DNA from: an uncultured Methanomassiliicoccales archaeon
GTDB taxonomy: Archaea > Thermoplasmatota > Thermoplasmata > Methanomassiliicoccales > UBA472
Assembly (NCBI GenBank): GCA_963695345.1
Contig: OY968769.1
Location: 1,184,001 to 1,248,000, forward strand
Direction of reading: 5' to 3'
Length of the DNA: 64,000 nt
The translations under genes were made by a program, and so were the position numbers. Numbering within the stretch: position 1 is the stretch's first letter; each line of letters starts with the position of its first letter. This document shows positions 1 through 13,246 of this stretch, in pieces. The notes under the pieces were generated by a model. That model saw only the letters and a list, made by a program, of their open reading frames with translations, made no database searches and was not told where the DNA came from.

Positions 1-3000
1 CGTCCCGCTCCTCGGCACCGGGGATCTCCTCTTCGCAGACCTCTTCGGTCTCCTCGATCTCCTCTTCGGCCATCTCTTCGGCGAGGCTCTCCAATGCCTC
101 GATCCCGTTCTCCTCCGCCACGCCGCGCTTGCCGACGATGGATATCTTTCCGTAGCCGTTCTCGGTGACGGTGAGGAGCTTGGCGTCCTGGGTCACGATG
201 GCCATGCTGACCACGCGGTCACCCTCGCCTAGCCTGATGCCGCGGACGCCGTGCGCCGGCCGGCCCATGGGGCGGACGTCCCGCTCGGAGAACCTTATGG
301 CCCGGCCGTTGGCGGTGGCCAGGATTATCTCCTTGGTGCCGTCGGTGATCTTGGTGTCGACCAGCTCATCGCCCTCTTCCAGGCCCACCGCGATGATGCC
401 GCTGGAGCGAACGTTGATGTACGCCTCCAGCGGGGTCTTCTTGATCACTCCCTTCTTGGTGGCGAACACCAGGTAGCTGTCGCCGCCGATCTCCTTGACC
501 GGCAGGGTCTTCACCACCTTCTCGCCCTCTTCCAGCTTGGGCAGGAGGTTGACGATCGGCTTTCCTTTGGCGTGGCGGCCGCCGACCGGCAGCTGCCAGG
601 CCTTGAGCACATAGACCCGGCCCAGGTTGGTTATGAACATGAGCTTGTTGTGGGTCAGCGTGACGAACATGTCGGTCACGTTGTCCTCCTCCTTGGTCTC
701 CATGCCGATGAGCCCGATGCCGCCGCGTCTCTGTTGCTTGTACGTGTCCAGCGGTATCCTCTTGATGTATCCGTCGGACGTCCCCATGACCACCATGTCC
801 TCGTTCGGGATCAGGTCCTCGATATCGAAGTCCAGGGCGTTGGCCACGATCTCTGTCCTCCGGTCGTCGCCGAATTTCTCTTTTATCTCGAGCTCCTCGC
901 TCTTCACGATGCCGAGGATCCTCTCTGTCGATGCCAGGATGGCTTCCAGTTCTTGGACCAGTTTCTCGATCTCGGCGTACTCGGCGCGGAGGGCGACCAG
1001 TTCCAGTCCGGTGAGCTTCCTCAGCGTCAGGTCCAGAATGGCCTTGGCCTGTTCCTCGTCGATGGCCAGGAAATCTATGAGTCCCTGTCTCGCCTCTTCC
1101 GGTGAACCGGCCGCCCGGATGATGCGGATGGTCTCGTCCAGCACGTCGACCGCCTTGATCAGGCCCTGCAGGATGTGGTCCCGCTTCTGGGCCTGCCTGA
1201 GGTCGTACTGGGTCCTCTTCGTGACCACGTTGACGCGGTAGTCGAGGAAGTGCTGCATCATCTCCTTCAGGGTGAGCACCTTGGGCTGGTTGTCCACCAG
1301 CGCGATGTTGATGACGCCGAACGTAACTTCCATCTGGGTATGCTTGAACAGCTGGTTGAGGACGACCTCTTCCATCGCGTCCTTGCGCAGCTCGATGACG
1401 ATCCTCATGCCGTCGCGGTCGGACTCGTCGCGCAGGTCGGTTATGCCCTCGACCTTCTTGTCCTTGACCAGTTCGGCGATGGCCTCTATCAGGGTTGATT
1501 TGTTGACCTGGTAGGGTATTTCGTTCACGATGATGCGCTGCCTGCCCTCGGCCTCTTCCCTGATCGTGCGGGCACGCACCTTGATCTTGCCCCGCCCGGT
1601 CTGGTACGCCTCGATGATGCCATTGATGCCGTAGATGATACCGCCGGTCGGGAAGTCCGGACCCTTTGATGAACTGCATCAGGTCGGAGACCTCCGCCTC
1701 GGGGTGGTCGGCCAGATAGATTATGGCGTCGACAACCTCGCGCAGGTTGTGCGGCGGTATGTTGGTGGCCATTCCGACCGCGATACCGGACGAACCGTTG
1801 ATCAGCAGGTTAGGCAGCTTGGACGGAAGGACGGACGGTTCCTTCAGTGAACCATCGAAATTGTCGACCCAAACGATCGTTTCCTTGTCCAGGTCGTCCA
1901 GCATCTCCTCGGCTGTCTTCTGCAGCCGGCACTCGGTGTACCTCATGGCCGCGGCGGAATCACCGTCGACCGAACCGAAGTTGCCTTGCCCGTCTATGAG
2001 GGGATACCTCAACGAGAACGTCTGGGCCATGCGGACCATGGAGTCGTAGACGGCCGTATCACCGTGCGGATGGTATTTACCAAGGCAATTATGGGCCAGT
2101 ATTCCGTTCGCCACGAATTCGTGGGCTCCGGCGACCTGCATGTCATAGGTCTTCTGTTTCGGGGCGGTCTCGGTGGACTCGACCCTCTGGAAGTAGAGAT
2201 TCTTATCCAGCATCTCTTCCAGGATCGGAGCGAGGTCCGAACCTATCCTCTGCAACTTGGATTGGATGCCCCAATCAACAATCTGGGTCCGGCCCAGGTT
2301 CTTGTCCTTCAGATCGGACGAGTATCTGATCTTCGTTCCGTCCGGGAATTTGATGCCGGCACGGAACTTGCTGCCCTCGGTGTCCTCGTACCATCCGCTC
2401 CCGATATGGCATCTGGACAGTTCAGAGAAGATGACATCTGCCGCGTGTGGTATCTGGTCGAACATCACGATTTTTTGCTGCGCAGCTGATATCCTCTCCA
2501 ACCTTTCCTTCTTCTCATCGCATGCAAGATTCAGCAAGCCGCTCAGTACCTTCGAATATCTTCCACTTGCTTCAAGCGAAAAGAATTCATGGTTCAGTTT
2601 GGTAAAGTGATCGTTGATCTGGTGGAGTTCAGTGTTATCTGGCTGTGTGTTGTACCGTTTTAGCAATACCCCAAGATGTTGAGATATTATCTGGATCCCG
2701 TCAGCAAGCAACGGAGAAACTGTTCCATAGTGTACCATTGAGCGGTTCGTGTGGATCGATCCGTCGCCGTCAATTAACCCGGAAAGAAGTGCACTTAAGA
2801 CGTTCTTCGGTGACTGATAGAACTGCTCAGGTATGCGTTTTGTCGGTGCCTTCCATGTCTCGTCGATTCCGAAAGCCTGTGCCAGATAGATGTTTAACGC
2901 CTTACAGTTAACTCTCACCTGATATGCTATGCCAACGTAGCCGGGGCCTTGGTTGTGTACTGCATTATAGGTCTTGGCCTCGACTTTCGTATCATATCCG

Positions 3001-3823
3001 AAAGCATTCTCGAGAGCGTCTCTGACACGACCAGCAACACTCGCGGATGTTGAAAAGAAATTGAAACGTCCAGCGTTGCTGTAGTTAGCCTCGTACCAGC
3101 CATCCGATAGGAATTGGCCGATCAGGTAGGCGATGTCCTCACCGAGATAGACTGCCTTACCTTCATAGTCAGGCAACCGGACCGGCGACAGATCCTCGGG
3201 ATAGTCCATTCTCATCACGACATGATCTTCGGATGTCAGATCGCTGGCTAATTTCCATTCATATTCTAGCTTGCGATTGATAACCTTGATCATCTGAGAA
3301 GGGGTGGCGGTTAGGCTTACGCCGCTCTCCAAGGTGATCTTGACCAGTTCACGTTCTGGCATCTCGTACAGTTCGGTGACTGGACATTTGCCGATTGAGT
3401 GTAGACCATGTCACCGATTTGAACGTCCTCGATCGGGACCAGACCTTTCTCGGTGAGAACACGGGTACCTGGGACGAAACATTCTCCGACCACCCTGGCG
3501 CTCTTCTTCGGAGCGGATTTCGAGGTGATCCCCAGGTCGTTCATCGCGTAAAGGATCCTCCGGTGCACCGGCTTCAGACCGTCACGGACGTCCGGCAGCG
3601 CCCTACCGACGATGACGCTCATGGCGTAGTCGATGTAGCACTTCTTCATCTCGATCTCGATCGATTTCGGGACCACCTGGAAACCGGCGTTCTTGTCCTC
3701 CGGGACGATAACTGGCAATACAGGAACCTCTGGCGGTTCCGGCATGATCGCGGCCTGCTCTTCGGTCTTCACCGGCTCGACCTGTTCGGCGGGCTTGTTG
3801 TTCTGTTCTTCGTTGTCTGCCAT
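1..3823 (-). CDS. gyrA: DNA gyrase subunit A, intein-containing, runs off the window start; apparent indels near 3390 and 1665
   Basis: Motifs [58 protein letters not shown] and GyrA-box-like QQRRGGIG (~720-740); assembled from ORFs 3317..3823, 366..3362 and a further frame below 1665. Confidence 0.95.
2088..3481 (-). mobile_element. Intein with LAGLIDADG homing endonuclease in GyrA (~465 aa)
   Basis: SARVVGE|CFVPGTRV...[11 protein letters not shown]|CLGKYHPHG; motifs [11 protein letters not shown] and [13 protein letters not shown]; visibly lower GC than the exteins. Confidence 0.93.
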
Positions 3824-3833
3824 TTAGCTCACC

Positions 3834-6362
<2,529 letters not shown>

Positions 6363-6534
6363 TTATATAAAACAGAAAGGCGTCGCGGTATTTAAATGAT
6401 ACCTTCATCTGGCTATGGTCTAGAAATAATGCCTGGATTGGGGGCGTTTCCGGGCCTTTTCCGCACGATTGCGGACGCCAGTTTGCGAACGGTCCGGGGA
6501 AATGTCTTTTAGACGGGAGTGGGTTTGCCGGAAC

Positions 6535-7809
6535 ATGACTATCATGGAGGCCGCCAAGGGCGGTCCTACCGAGGAGACCGACACGGTCGCCAGGAACGAA
6601 GGGATGGACCCAGAGAAGCTCAGGAGGCTGGTCGCTTCCGGCCGGGTGGTCATCCCGCTCAACCCGATCCACGGCGCCACCGCCGTAGGAATAGGGGAGG
6701 GCCTCCGGGTCAAGGTGAACGTCAACCTGGGCACCTCTCGGGACATCGTCAACGTCGAGGAGGAGCTGGCCAAGGCGAAGCTCGCCGTGCGCTACGGCGC
6801 CGATGCGATCATGGACCTGAGCACCGGCGGCGACATTGACGCCATCCGCAGGCGCATCATAAGAGAGACCCCCATCCCGATCGGCACCGTTCCCATCTAC
6901 CAGGAAGGCCTCCGGGCGGCGCGCAGAAGCGCGGTCGTCGACATGAACGAGGACGACATCTTCAGCGGCATCGAGAAGCACGCCAAGGACGGCGTTGATT
7001 TCATGACCGTGCACTGCGGAATAACGAAGCACAGCGTGGACCGCCTGAAGCATTCCGAACGGATCACCGACGTGGTCTCCCGGGGCGGGTCGTTCCTGGT
7101 GGCATGGATACTGCACAACGGCAGGGAGAACCCCCTGTACGAGCAGTACGACTACCTGCTGGAGATGGCCAGGAAGTACGAGTTCACCCTGTCCCTGGGG
7201 GACGGCCTGCGGCCAGGCTGCCTGCACGACGCCAGCGATGGGGCGCAGATATCCGAGCTGATCATCCTGGGAGAACTGGTCAAACGCGCCCGCAAGGCCG
7301 GTGTCCAGACGATGGTCGAAGGCCCAGGTCATGTTCCCATGGACCAGATCGCGGCGAATGTCCGGATCCAGAAGACGATCTGCGACGGCGCCCCGTTCTA
7401 CGTGCTGGGCCCGCTGGTCACCGACATCGCCCCCGGGTACGATCACATAACCGGGGCCATCGGAGGCGCCATCGCCGCGTCCGCCGGTGCCGACTTCCTC
7501 TGCTACGTTACGCCGGCCGAGCACCTCGGCCTGCCGGACCTGGAGGACGTCAAGGAAGGCCTCATCGCCTCGAAGATCGCGGCCCATGCCGCCGACCTGT
7601 CGCGGGGGATCGACACCGAGAGGGACAACCGCATGGCCCGGGCACGCAAGGCGCTGGACTGGGAGGGCATGTTCGCCGAGTCGCTGGACCAGGAGAAGGC
7701 CCGCCGCTACCGGAAACGGGGGATGACCGAACAGAAGGACGGTTGCTCGATGTGCGGCGACGTGTGCGCCATGAAGATCGTCGGAGAATACCTGAAGAAG
7801 GACTTTTGA
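6535..7809 (+). CDS. thiC: Phosphomethylpyrimidine synthase (ThiC family radical SAM)
   Basis: KVNVNLGTS, MDLSTGG, GTVPIYQ, SRGGSF, SLGDGLRPG, EGPGH, YVTPAEHL and C-terminal CSMCGDVC; a BzaA/B/F paralog cannot be excluded. Confidence 0.85.
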   Translation: MTIMEAAKGGPTEETDTVARNEGMDPEKLRRLVASGRVVIPLNPIHGATAVGIGEGLRVKVNVNLGTSRDIVNVEEELAKAKLAVRYGADAIMDLSTGGDIDAIRRRIIRETPIPIGTVPIYQEGLRAARRSAVVDMNEDDIFSGIEKHAKDGVDFMTVHCGITKHSVDRLKHSERITDVVSRGGSFLVAWILHNGRENPLYEQYDYLLEMARKYEFTLSLGDGLRPGCLHDASDGAQISELIILGELVKRARKAGVQTMVEGPGHVPMDQIAANVRIQKTICDGAPFYVLGPLVTDIAPGYDHITGAIGGAIAASAGADFLCYVTPAEHLGLPDLEDVKEGLIASKIAAHAADLSRGIDTERDNRMARARKALDWEGMFAESLDQEKARRYRKRGMTEQKDGCSMCGDVCAMKIVGEYLKKDF

Positions 7810-7819
7810 TTTTTGAAGA

Positions 7820-7894
7820 TGGAGCCACCGAGGGGAATCGAACCCCCAACCTATTGATTACGAATCAATCGCCCCACCATTAGGCTACGGTGGC
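7820..7894 (-). tRNA. tRNA-Thr(CGT), CCA encoded, no intron
   Basis: Reverse complement GCCACCG...ATTGA-TTCGTAA-TCAAT...GGTTCGATTCC...CGGTGGCTCCA folds as a cloverleaf; TTTAAA box ~30 nt upstream. Confidence 0.96.
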
Positions 7895-8053
7895 ACTGGT
7901 TTCCCAACAAATGTTCCCATCATTTAAAGGTTTCTTTGAAGTTCCAGCAATGTGTTTTACCTGATCGGCTGGCCTTCAGGCAGTTAGATTTCGGAAATGC
8001 TAACACCGTAGCAAAACGATTTAAGCGCTCCGGCTCATGTTTCCCCGATAACA

Positions 8054-9097
8054 TTGCAGCCTCAGTTCGGTATCCCGCCTGGCGTCCTGGTCGAACAGCG
8101 GCGCGGAGGCCATAAGTCCCTGAGGTCACTCCTTGACATCATGATGGGGGGCCATTTCACCGGATACCTATTGACCGGCATGACGTTGGACGGAGATACC
8201 ACAAACGGCGTCATAGCCATGGATGTCGGAAAGGCGGTCCTGGCGATCTACGCCTTCCGCCCTTCGGGCAACAACAGCGTGGAGATGACCTACCGGGGAG
8301 AAAGAGCGGTCGAGTTCACCTGTGGGGATGCCCTGTGCCCGGAATCGCAGCTCGAACTGCACGCGCTTAAGGACCTGAAGGAGGTCAAGAGGATCATCGG
8401 GGAGACCAGGGACGGGGTCGACCTTCCACATTTTCTCTATAACTTCTACAAGGACAGGCTGGAAGAGGCGGTCCATGAACCGGAACCGGCCTCCCCGGAG
8501 GTCCTGAAGGACCCCTGCCGCCCCGCCGCGCCCCGGGCCGATTCGCTGGACTCGATCAAGGACATGATCATCCAGCATCACAAACTGAAGGCCGAGGGCA
8601 ACACCCGGAAGGCCGGATACCATGAGCTGGAGATGGACATCGTGGAAGGCGAGTCATATCTGGTGGAGGAGCAGACCAGGGACTTCTCCTATGGCATATT
8701 CGCCTCCATGGTGGAGGACAATTACAAAGGGATAGGCATCACCCGGATCAATCCCAGGCTCCTGCGCTCAAAGCTGAACGACGTTAAGCCCCGGATGCTC
8801 TGGCTGACCGACCATGAGTCCACCCAGGAGGAGACGATATCGCCATCGTTGGAGAAGATCATGGTGATCCTGGAGGAGTTCATCCTGAAGAACGAGCAGA
8901 GCGTGGTCCTGGTGGACGACCTGCAATACCTGATAAGCTGCAACACGTTCGAGGGCGCCGTCCGATTCATCCGCAACCTGGTGGACAAGATCTCGGAACG
9001 CTCGGCGGTGTTCCTTCTGTCGGTGGACCCTAACTCGCTGAACGCCCAGGAACGTTCCATCCTGGAAAGGGAACTGCGGGTGGTCCGGGACCGTTGA
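8054..9097 (+). CDS. DUF835-domain protein (inactive RecA/KaiC-like C-terminal domain)
   Basis: C-terminal ITRINP...LWLT...VVLVDDLQYLI...F....RFI..L.D...LLSVDP..L...E..ILEREL pattern; start uncertain. Confidence 0.75.
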   Translation: MQPQFGIPPGVLVEQRRGGHKSLRSLLDIMMGGHFTGYLLTGMTLDGDTTNGVIAMDVGKAVLAIYAFRPSGNNSVEMTYRGERAVEFTCGDALCPESQLELHALKDLKEVKRIIGETRDGVDLPHFLYNFYKDRLEEAVHEPEPASPEVLKDPCRPAAPRADSLDSIKDMIIQHHKLKAEGNTRKAGYHELEMDIVEGESYLVEEQTRDFSYGIFASMVEDNYKGIGITRINPRLLRSKLNDVKPRMLWLTDHESTQEETISPSLEKIMVILEEFILKNEQSVVLVDDLQYLISCNTFEGAVRFIRNLVDKISERSAVFLLSVDPNSLNAQERSILERELRVVRDR

Positions 9098-9115
9098 AGA
9101 ACTAAGTGGGACCGA

Positions 9116-10204
9116 TCAGATCCGTTTCATCTCGGCCTTGAACTCGATGAGCCGGTCGAGCGTTTCCTCGTACTTTTCCCGCTTCATGCCCATGCCGGCG
9201 TCCTTGAGGATCTTCACCATGACGGTCACGTCCTTGCCGTCAGCCTTTGAGTCCAGCAACGTGCTCTTGGCCTTCCTCATCTCGCTCTTGAGCACTTCCG
9301 GCAACGTCTTCATGATGTCCTCGCGGCCCTTCCGCGACAAAATGCCCATCATGCTCCAGTCACCCCGCTCCCCTGCCTCCTGGGCCTCCTTGAGCAGGTT
9401 CCGGGCCTGTCTTACGTCCACGTAGAACCGTTCCGAGTTCTGCACCAGTTTGGCCAACGATTCGCAGATGTCGTGGGCCTCGATGTACTTCCCGGTGACC
9501 TTCTCCGCGGTCTTGCGGCCGTTCTTTGATTCCTCCAGGGCCGCCAGGAGCTCTCCATTGGAGATGCTCTCCTTCATCCGGTTCATGGACTCGGTCATCT
9601 CCGACGTGTCGCCGCCCATGGACTTGGCCACCCCGATGAGCTTTTCCAGGTGCTCGACGTCCCGGGCCAGCCTCTCTTCGATCGCGAACCGCACGGACGA
9701 CCGGCACTCCTTCACGCACTGGACCGCGGTGGCTATGTCCTTCTGCTTCCCGGCGCGCACGGCCTTGTCTATCATCCTGCGGCACTCGGAAGTGTCGATC
9801 TCGAAATCCTTCGCCATGGCCATTAGGGGCTTTACCTCGGCCACCAGCACCGGGAACTGCTTCTTCAGTTCCTCGTTCTGTTCGGCCTCGATGCGGGCCT
9901 GTTCCTGCTGCTTCTTCAGTTCCTCGTTCTGTTCGGCCTCGATGCGGGCCTGTTCCTGATTTGGCTCTTCCTCGTCCTCGACGATGACCTCGAACTTGGC
10001 GCCGCAGGCCGGACATTCCTCGCTGTCGCTGGAGATAAGCTTGCCGCACTCTGGACATTCCGATTCGGAGACCTCTTCGATGACGAACTCCACCCCGCAC
10101 TTGGGGCACCTTGTCGAGTCACCGGAGATGTGCGTTCCACACTCTGGGCAGTCGAACTCGAACGATTCCTTTTCTTTGTCTTTGGATGAACTAGAACCTG
10201 CCAT
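9116..10204 (-). CDS. Multiple zinc-ribbon plus coiled-coil protein
   Basis: Four CPxCG knuckles at the N-terminus followed by a long helical region. Confidence 0.8.
   Translation of the reverse strand: MAGSSSSKDKEKESFEFDCPECGTHISGDSTRCPKCGVEFVIEEVSESECPECGKLISSDSEECPACGAKFEVIVEDEEEPNQEQARIEAEQNEELKKQQEQARIEAEQNEELKKQFPVLVAEVKPLMAMAKDFEIDTSECRRMIDKAVRAGKQKDIATAVQCVKECRSSVRFAIEERLARDVEHLEKLIGVAKSMGGDTSEMTESMNRMKESISNGELLAALEESKNGRKTAEKVTGKYIEAHDICESLAKLVQNSERFYVDVRQARNLLKEAQEAGERGDWSMMGILSRKGREDIMKTLPEVLKSEMRKAKSTLLDSKADGKDVTVMVKILKDAGMGMKREKYEETLDRLIEFKAEMKRI
9857..9958. repeat. Perfect 2 x 51-bp tandem repeat, in frame (QEQARIEAEQNEELKKQ)
   Basis: 9857-9907 is identical to 9908-9958. Confidence 0.95.
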
Positions 10205-10258
10205 CGAATCACGACTCGACCGCTATTTTGTTTCCGATTGACCTTAGATTATTTATTG

Positions 10259-11090
10259 CTACTTATGTGGGTGCCCTTTCTGAGAATATGCCTGGCCATA
10301 CTCGCCGCTCATCACCAGCGCGTCCTCGACGGGCAGCGGGGTCTCGCATATGACGGTGCACTCCTGCGAGAGGCCGCAAAGGGAGGGGACCAGATGGGAG
10401 AAGTCCGGGTCCTTGGCGCTGAGGGGGAGATGCCGTTTCTCCCCCGCCTTGGTGTACTCGATGCAGCTGTAGTGGCAATGCAGTCTCCCCGGCCATATGC
10501 GGACCAGGTCGTCCACGACCTTGCGCGAAGTCGTCCGGGGTCCGCAGTGAACCGCCATACCGGGCATGTATGTGGGCGAAGTCGACCACCGGCTGCACCC
10601 CCTTCAGCGAGCGCGTCACCACGCCGATCTCCTCCAGGGTGCCCCAGGTGCTGGCGCGTCCCATGGTCTCCAGACCGAGCACGACGTCCAGGCCTTCCTT
10701 CCCCATCTGGTCCAGGCATTCGGACAGGCCGCGCATCACCGCTTCGGTGGCCACCTCCGGTTCCTTGCCAGCGTATGTGGCCGCGTGGATGACTATGATC
10801 CAAGCACCGGCCTTGGCGGCCACCCGGGCGGTGCGCAACACCCATTCCTTGCTCTTCAGGTAGGTCTCCGGGACCGAATTGAAGCTGATGTAGTACGGGG
10901 CATGGGCGCTCAATCTCACGTCCAGTTCCTCCGCCTTTCGCCTGATGGCATCGGCCCTCTGATCGCTCATGTTGACCTGACGGCCGAACTGGAGCTCCAG
11001 GGCGTCCAAGCCCCGGTTCCGGACCATCTCGACGGCGTCCGCCCCATCCTTCGCACCCTCCGGATAACCCGCCGGTCCGAACCTCACCAT
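10259..11090 (-). CDS. nfo: Endonuclease IV (AP endonuclease 2 family); indel near 10525
   Basis: FGPAG, LSAHAPYYI, GLETMG, VDFAHIHAR, then in the other frame LHCHYS..EY...GEKRH..ICETP. Confidence 0.85.
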
Positions 11091-11194
11091 GGTGGCGCAT
11101 CATCTCCGGCTGATATATGATTTGACCCAACGGGGCAGGGCGGGACTCAAAAAGGCTATCTATTCGGTAAGCCCCTAGTATCCCTGGAGTGGAT

Positions 11195-11677
11195 ATGGAG
11201 ACCGAAGGGGTGCCGGTGGAGATACCGCCTGACTGCAACGTAATCATAGGGCAGTCGCATTTCATCAAGACGGCGGAGGACCTGTACGAGGCGATGGTCA
11301 ATGCAACGCCGTCGGCTAAGTTCGGCATAGCCTTCTGCGAAGCATCGGGCCCCCGGCTGGTACGCGTCGAGGGCAACGATGAGGACCTGAAACGTACAGC
11401 GGCGGAAAATGCCATGCGGATCGGGGCCGGGCACACGTTCGTGATCCTGATGAGGAACGCCTTCCCGGTGAACGTCCTCGGCGCCATCCGGGCCGTGCCC
11501 GAGGTATGCTCCATCTTCTGCGCCACCGCCAACGAGCTGAAGGTCATCGTCGCCAAGGACGGCGACGGCCGCGGCGTGATCGGGGTTATCGACGGCAAAT
11601 CGCCAATGGGAGTGGAGAAAGATGAGAACGTCAAAGAAAGAAGAGAATTCCTCCGCAGGATCGGATACAAGCGCTGA
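11195..11677 (+). CDS. Adenosine-specific kinase family (DUF355) protein
   Basis: NVIIGQSHFIKTAEDLYE, FCEASG, AGHTF, CATAN, GVIDG motifs. Confidence 0.85.
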   Translation: METEGVPVEIPPDCNVIIGQSHFIKTAEDLYEAMVNATPSAKFGIAFCEASGPRLVRVEGNDEDLKRTAAENAMRIGAGHTFVILMRNAFPVNVLGAIRAVPEVCSIFCATANELKVIVAKDGDGRGVIGVIDGKSPMGVEKDENVKERREFLRRIGYKR

Positions 11678-12446
11678 CGATGACTATCTGGACCAGTACG
11701 AGGTCACCGCAAAGTACTACGATATTTGGTATGAGGACTTCATCGAGGACGTCGAGTTCCTGAAGCGCATGGCGGAGCGCACCGGAGGCCCCATACTGGA
11801 TTGTATGTGCGGGACCGGCCGGACGCTGATCCCGCTGGCCAAGGAAGGCTACAAGATATCCGGATTTGATGCGTCGGAGGCGATGCTGGACAAACTGACG
11901 GCGAAGATCGAGACCCTGCCGGAATCGACCCAGGAGAACGTCCAGATCGGCCACGGCGACGTCAGGAACTTCGTCTGCAAGAAGAAGTTCAAACTGGTCA
12001 TCATCCCGTTCAACGCGTTCCTGCATCTGCTGGAAACGGAGGAGCAGGAGGCGGCCCTGAAGAACGTGGTCGACCACATGGCCAAGGACGGGCTGTTCAT
12101 CTTCAGCATATTCAACCCGAGGCTCGACCGGCCTGAGGGCCTGCTCCGGCACCGCGGTACCAGGATCACCTCGCAGGGGGAGATCATCACCAAGATGGAG
12201 GCGCAGGAGTTCAACACGCCCGAGCAGACCACCACGATACACTACTTCTATGACATCTCGCGGCAGGACCAGCAGCTGCGCCGGGTGAGCGCGGTGATGA
12301 CGCTCCGGTACATGTTCGAACGCGAGGTCGTCGACCTGATGGAGCGCTGCGGGCTGGAAGTGGCCGAGGAGTACGGCGACTACCTGCTCTCCCCATTCAG
12401 GAAGACCAGCGATATCATGGTGTTCGTGGCCAGGAAATCGGCATGA
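11622..12446 (+). CDS. Class I SAM-dependent methyltransferase
   Basis: ILDCMCGTGR motif I, GFDAS, GDVR, PFNAFLHL; start overlaps the upstream gene. Confidence 0.85.
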   Translation: MRTSKKEENSSAGSDTSADDDYLDQYEVTAKYYDIWYEDFIEDVEFLKRMAERTGGPILDCMCGTGRTLIPLAKEGYKISGFDASEAMLDKLTAKIETLPESTQENVQIGHGDVRNFVCKKKFKLVIIPFNAFLHLLETEEQEAALKNVVDHMAKDGLFIFSIFNPRLDRPEGLLRHRGTRITSQGEIITKMEAQEFNTPEQTTTIHYFYDISRQDQQLRRVSAVMTLRYMFEREVVDLMERCGLEVAEEYGDYLLSPFRKTSDIMVFVARKSA

Positions 12447-13246
12447 GGGTAGGGCCTATCGACCTCGACAGCACCCTCGGCTGTGGCCAGGTGTTCCGCT
12501 GGCGCAAGGAGGGCAACACCTGGAGGGGCGTCCTGGGAGAGGCCGAGGTGCGCCTTTGCCAGACGGGGGATGGCATCAGCGTGGACGGTGACGTGGAGGA
12601 GCGTGCGCTGAAGCGCTATTTCCGTTCCGATGATGATTTGGACCTCATCCGTTCCGAGATCGCCAAGGACCCGATGATAAGCTCGATGGTATCGAGCAAC
12701 GCCGGACTGCGGCTCATCCGCCAGGACCCGTGGGAGTGCGCGGCTTCCTACATTCTCGCGACGAACGCCAACATACCGCGGATACAGAAAATGATCGAGA
12801 ACGTCTGCCGCACCTTCGGCGACCGTCTGCCGGGCGGCTCCTATTCGTTCCCGCGCCCGGACCAGATCAGCGGAGGAGGGCGGGAGGCTCAGACCTGCGG
12901 GCTCGGATTCCGCTGCGACCGGTTCGTGGAGTTCGCCAGAATGGTGGATCGCGGGGAGATCGACCTCGGATCGCTGAGGAACGTGGACTACGAAACGTGC
13001 CACCGGGAATTGAAGTCCTACCCCGGGATCGGCGACAAGGTGGCGGATTGCGTCGCCGTCTTCAGCTTGGACCACCTGGAGGCGTTCCCGGTAGATGTCC
13101 GGATCAAGAAGGCGATGGAGGAGATGTACGGGGTCACCGGCACCTACCGGCATGTTAACAAGTACGGGCGGGACTACTTCGGCAGATTCGCTGGATATGC
13201 CCAAGAATACATCTATTATTCATTCCAGCGGAAACGACCTCTCTAG
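12443..13246 (+). CDS. 8-oxoguanine DNA glycosylase (Ogg1-like HhH-GPD)
   Basis: TLGCGQVFRW, GLRLIRQDPWE, YPGIGDKVADC, FPVDV, AGYAQEY. Confidence 0.9.
   Translation: MRVGPIDLDSTLGCGQVFRWRKEGNTWRGVLGEAEVRLCQTGDGISVDGDVEERALKRYFRSDDDLDLIRSEIAKDPMISSMVSSNAGLRLIRQDPWECAASYILATNANIPRIQKMIENVCRTFGDRLPGGSYSFPRPDQISGGGREAQTCGLGFRCDRFVEFARMVDRGEIDLGSLRNVDYETCHRELKSYPGIGDKVADCVAVFSLDHLEAFPVDVRIKKAMEEMYGVTGTYRHVNKYGRDYFGRFAGYAQEYIYYSFQRKRPL

Noticed and set aside
6404-6534. TPP riboswitch upstream of thiC
   Set aside because: The conserved CUGAGA and ACCUGA core elements were not found
7820-10204. tRNA-Thr as integration site of an island
   Set aside because: No integrase and no duplicated tRNA 3' end seen in the window
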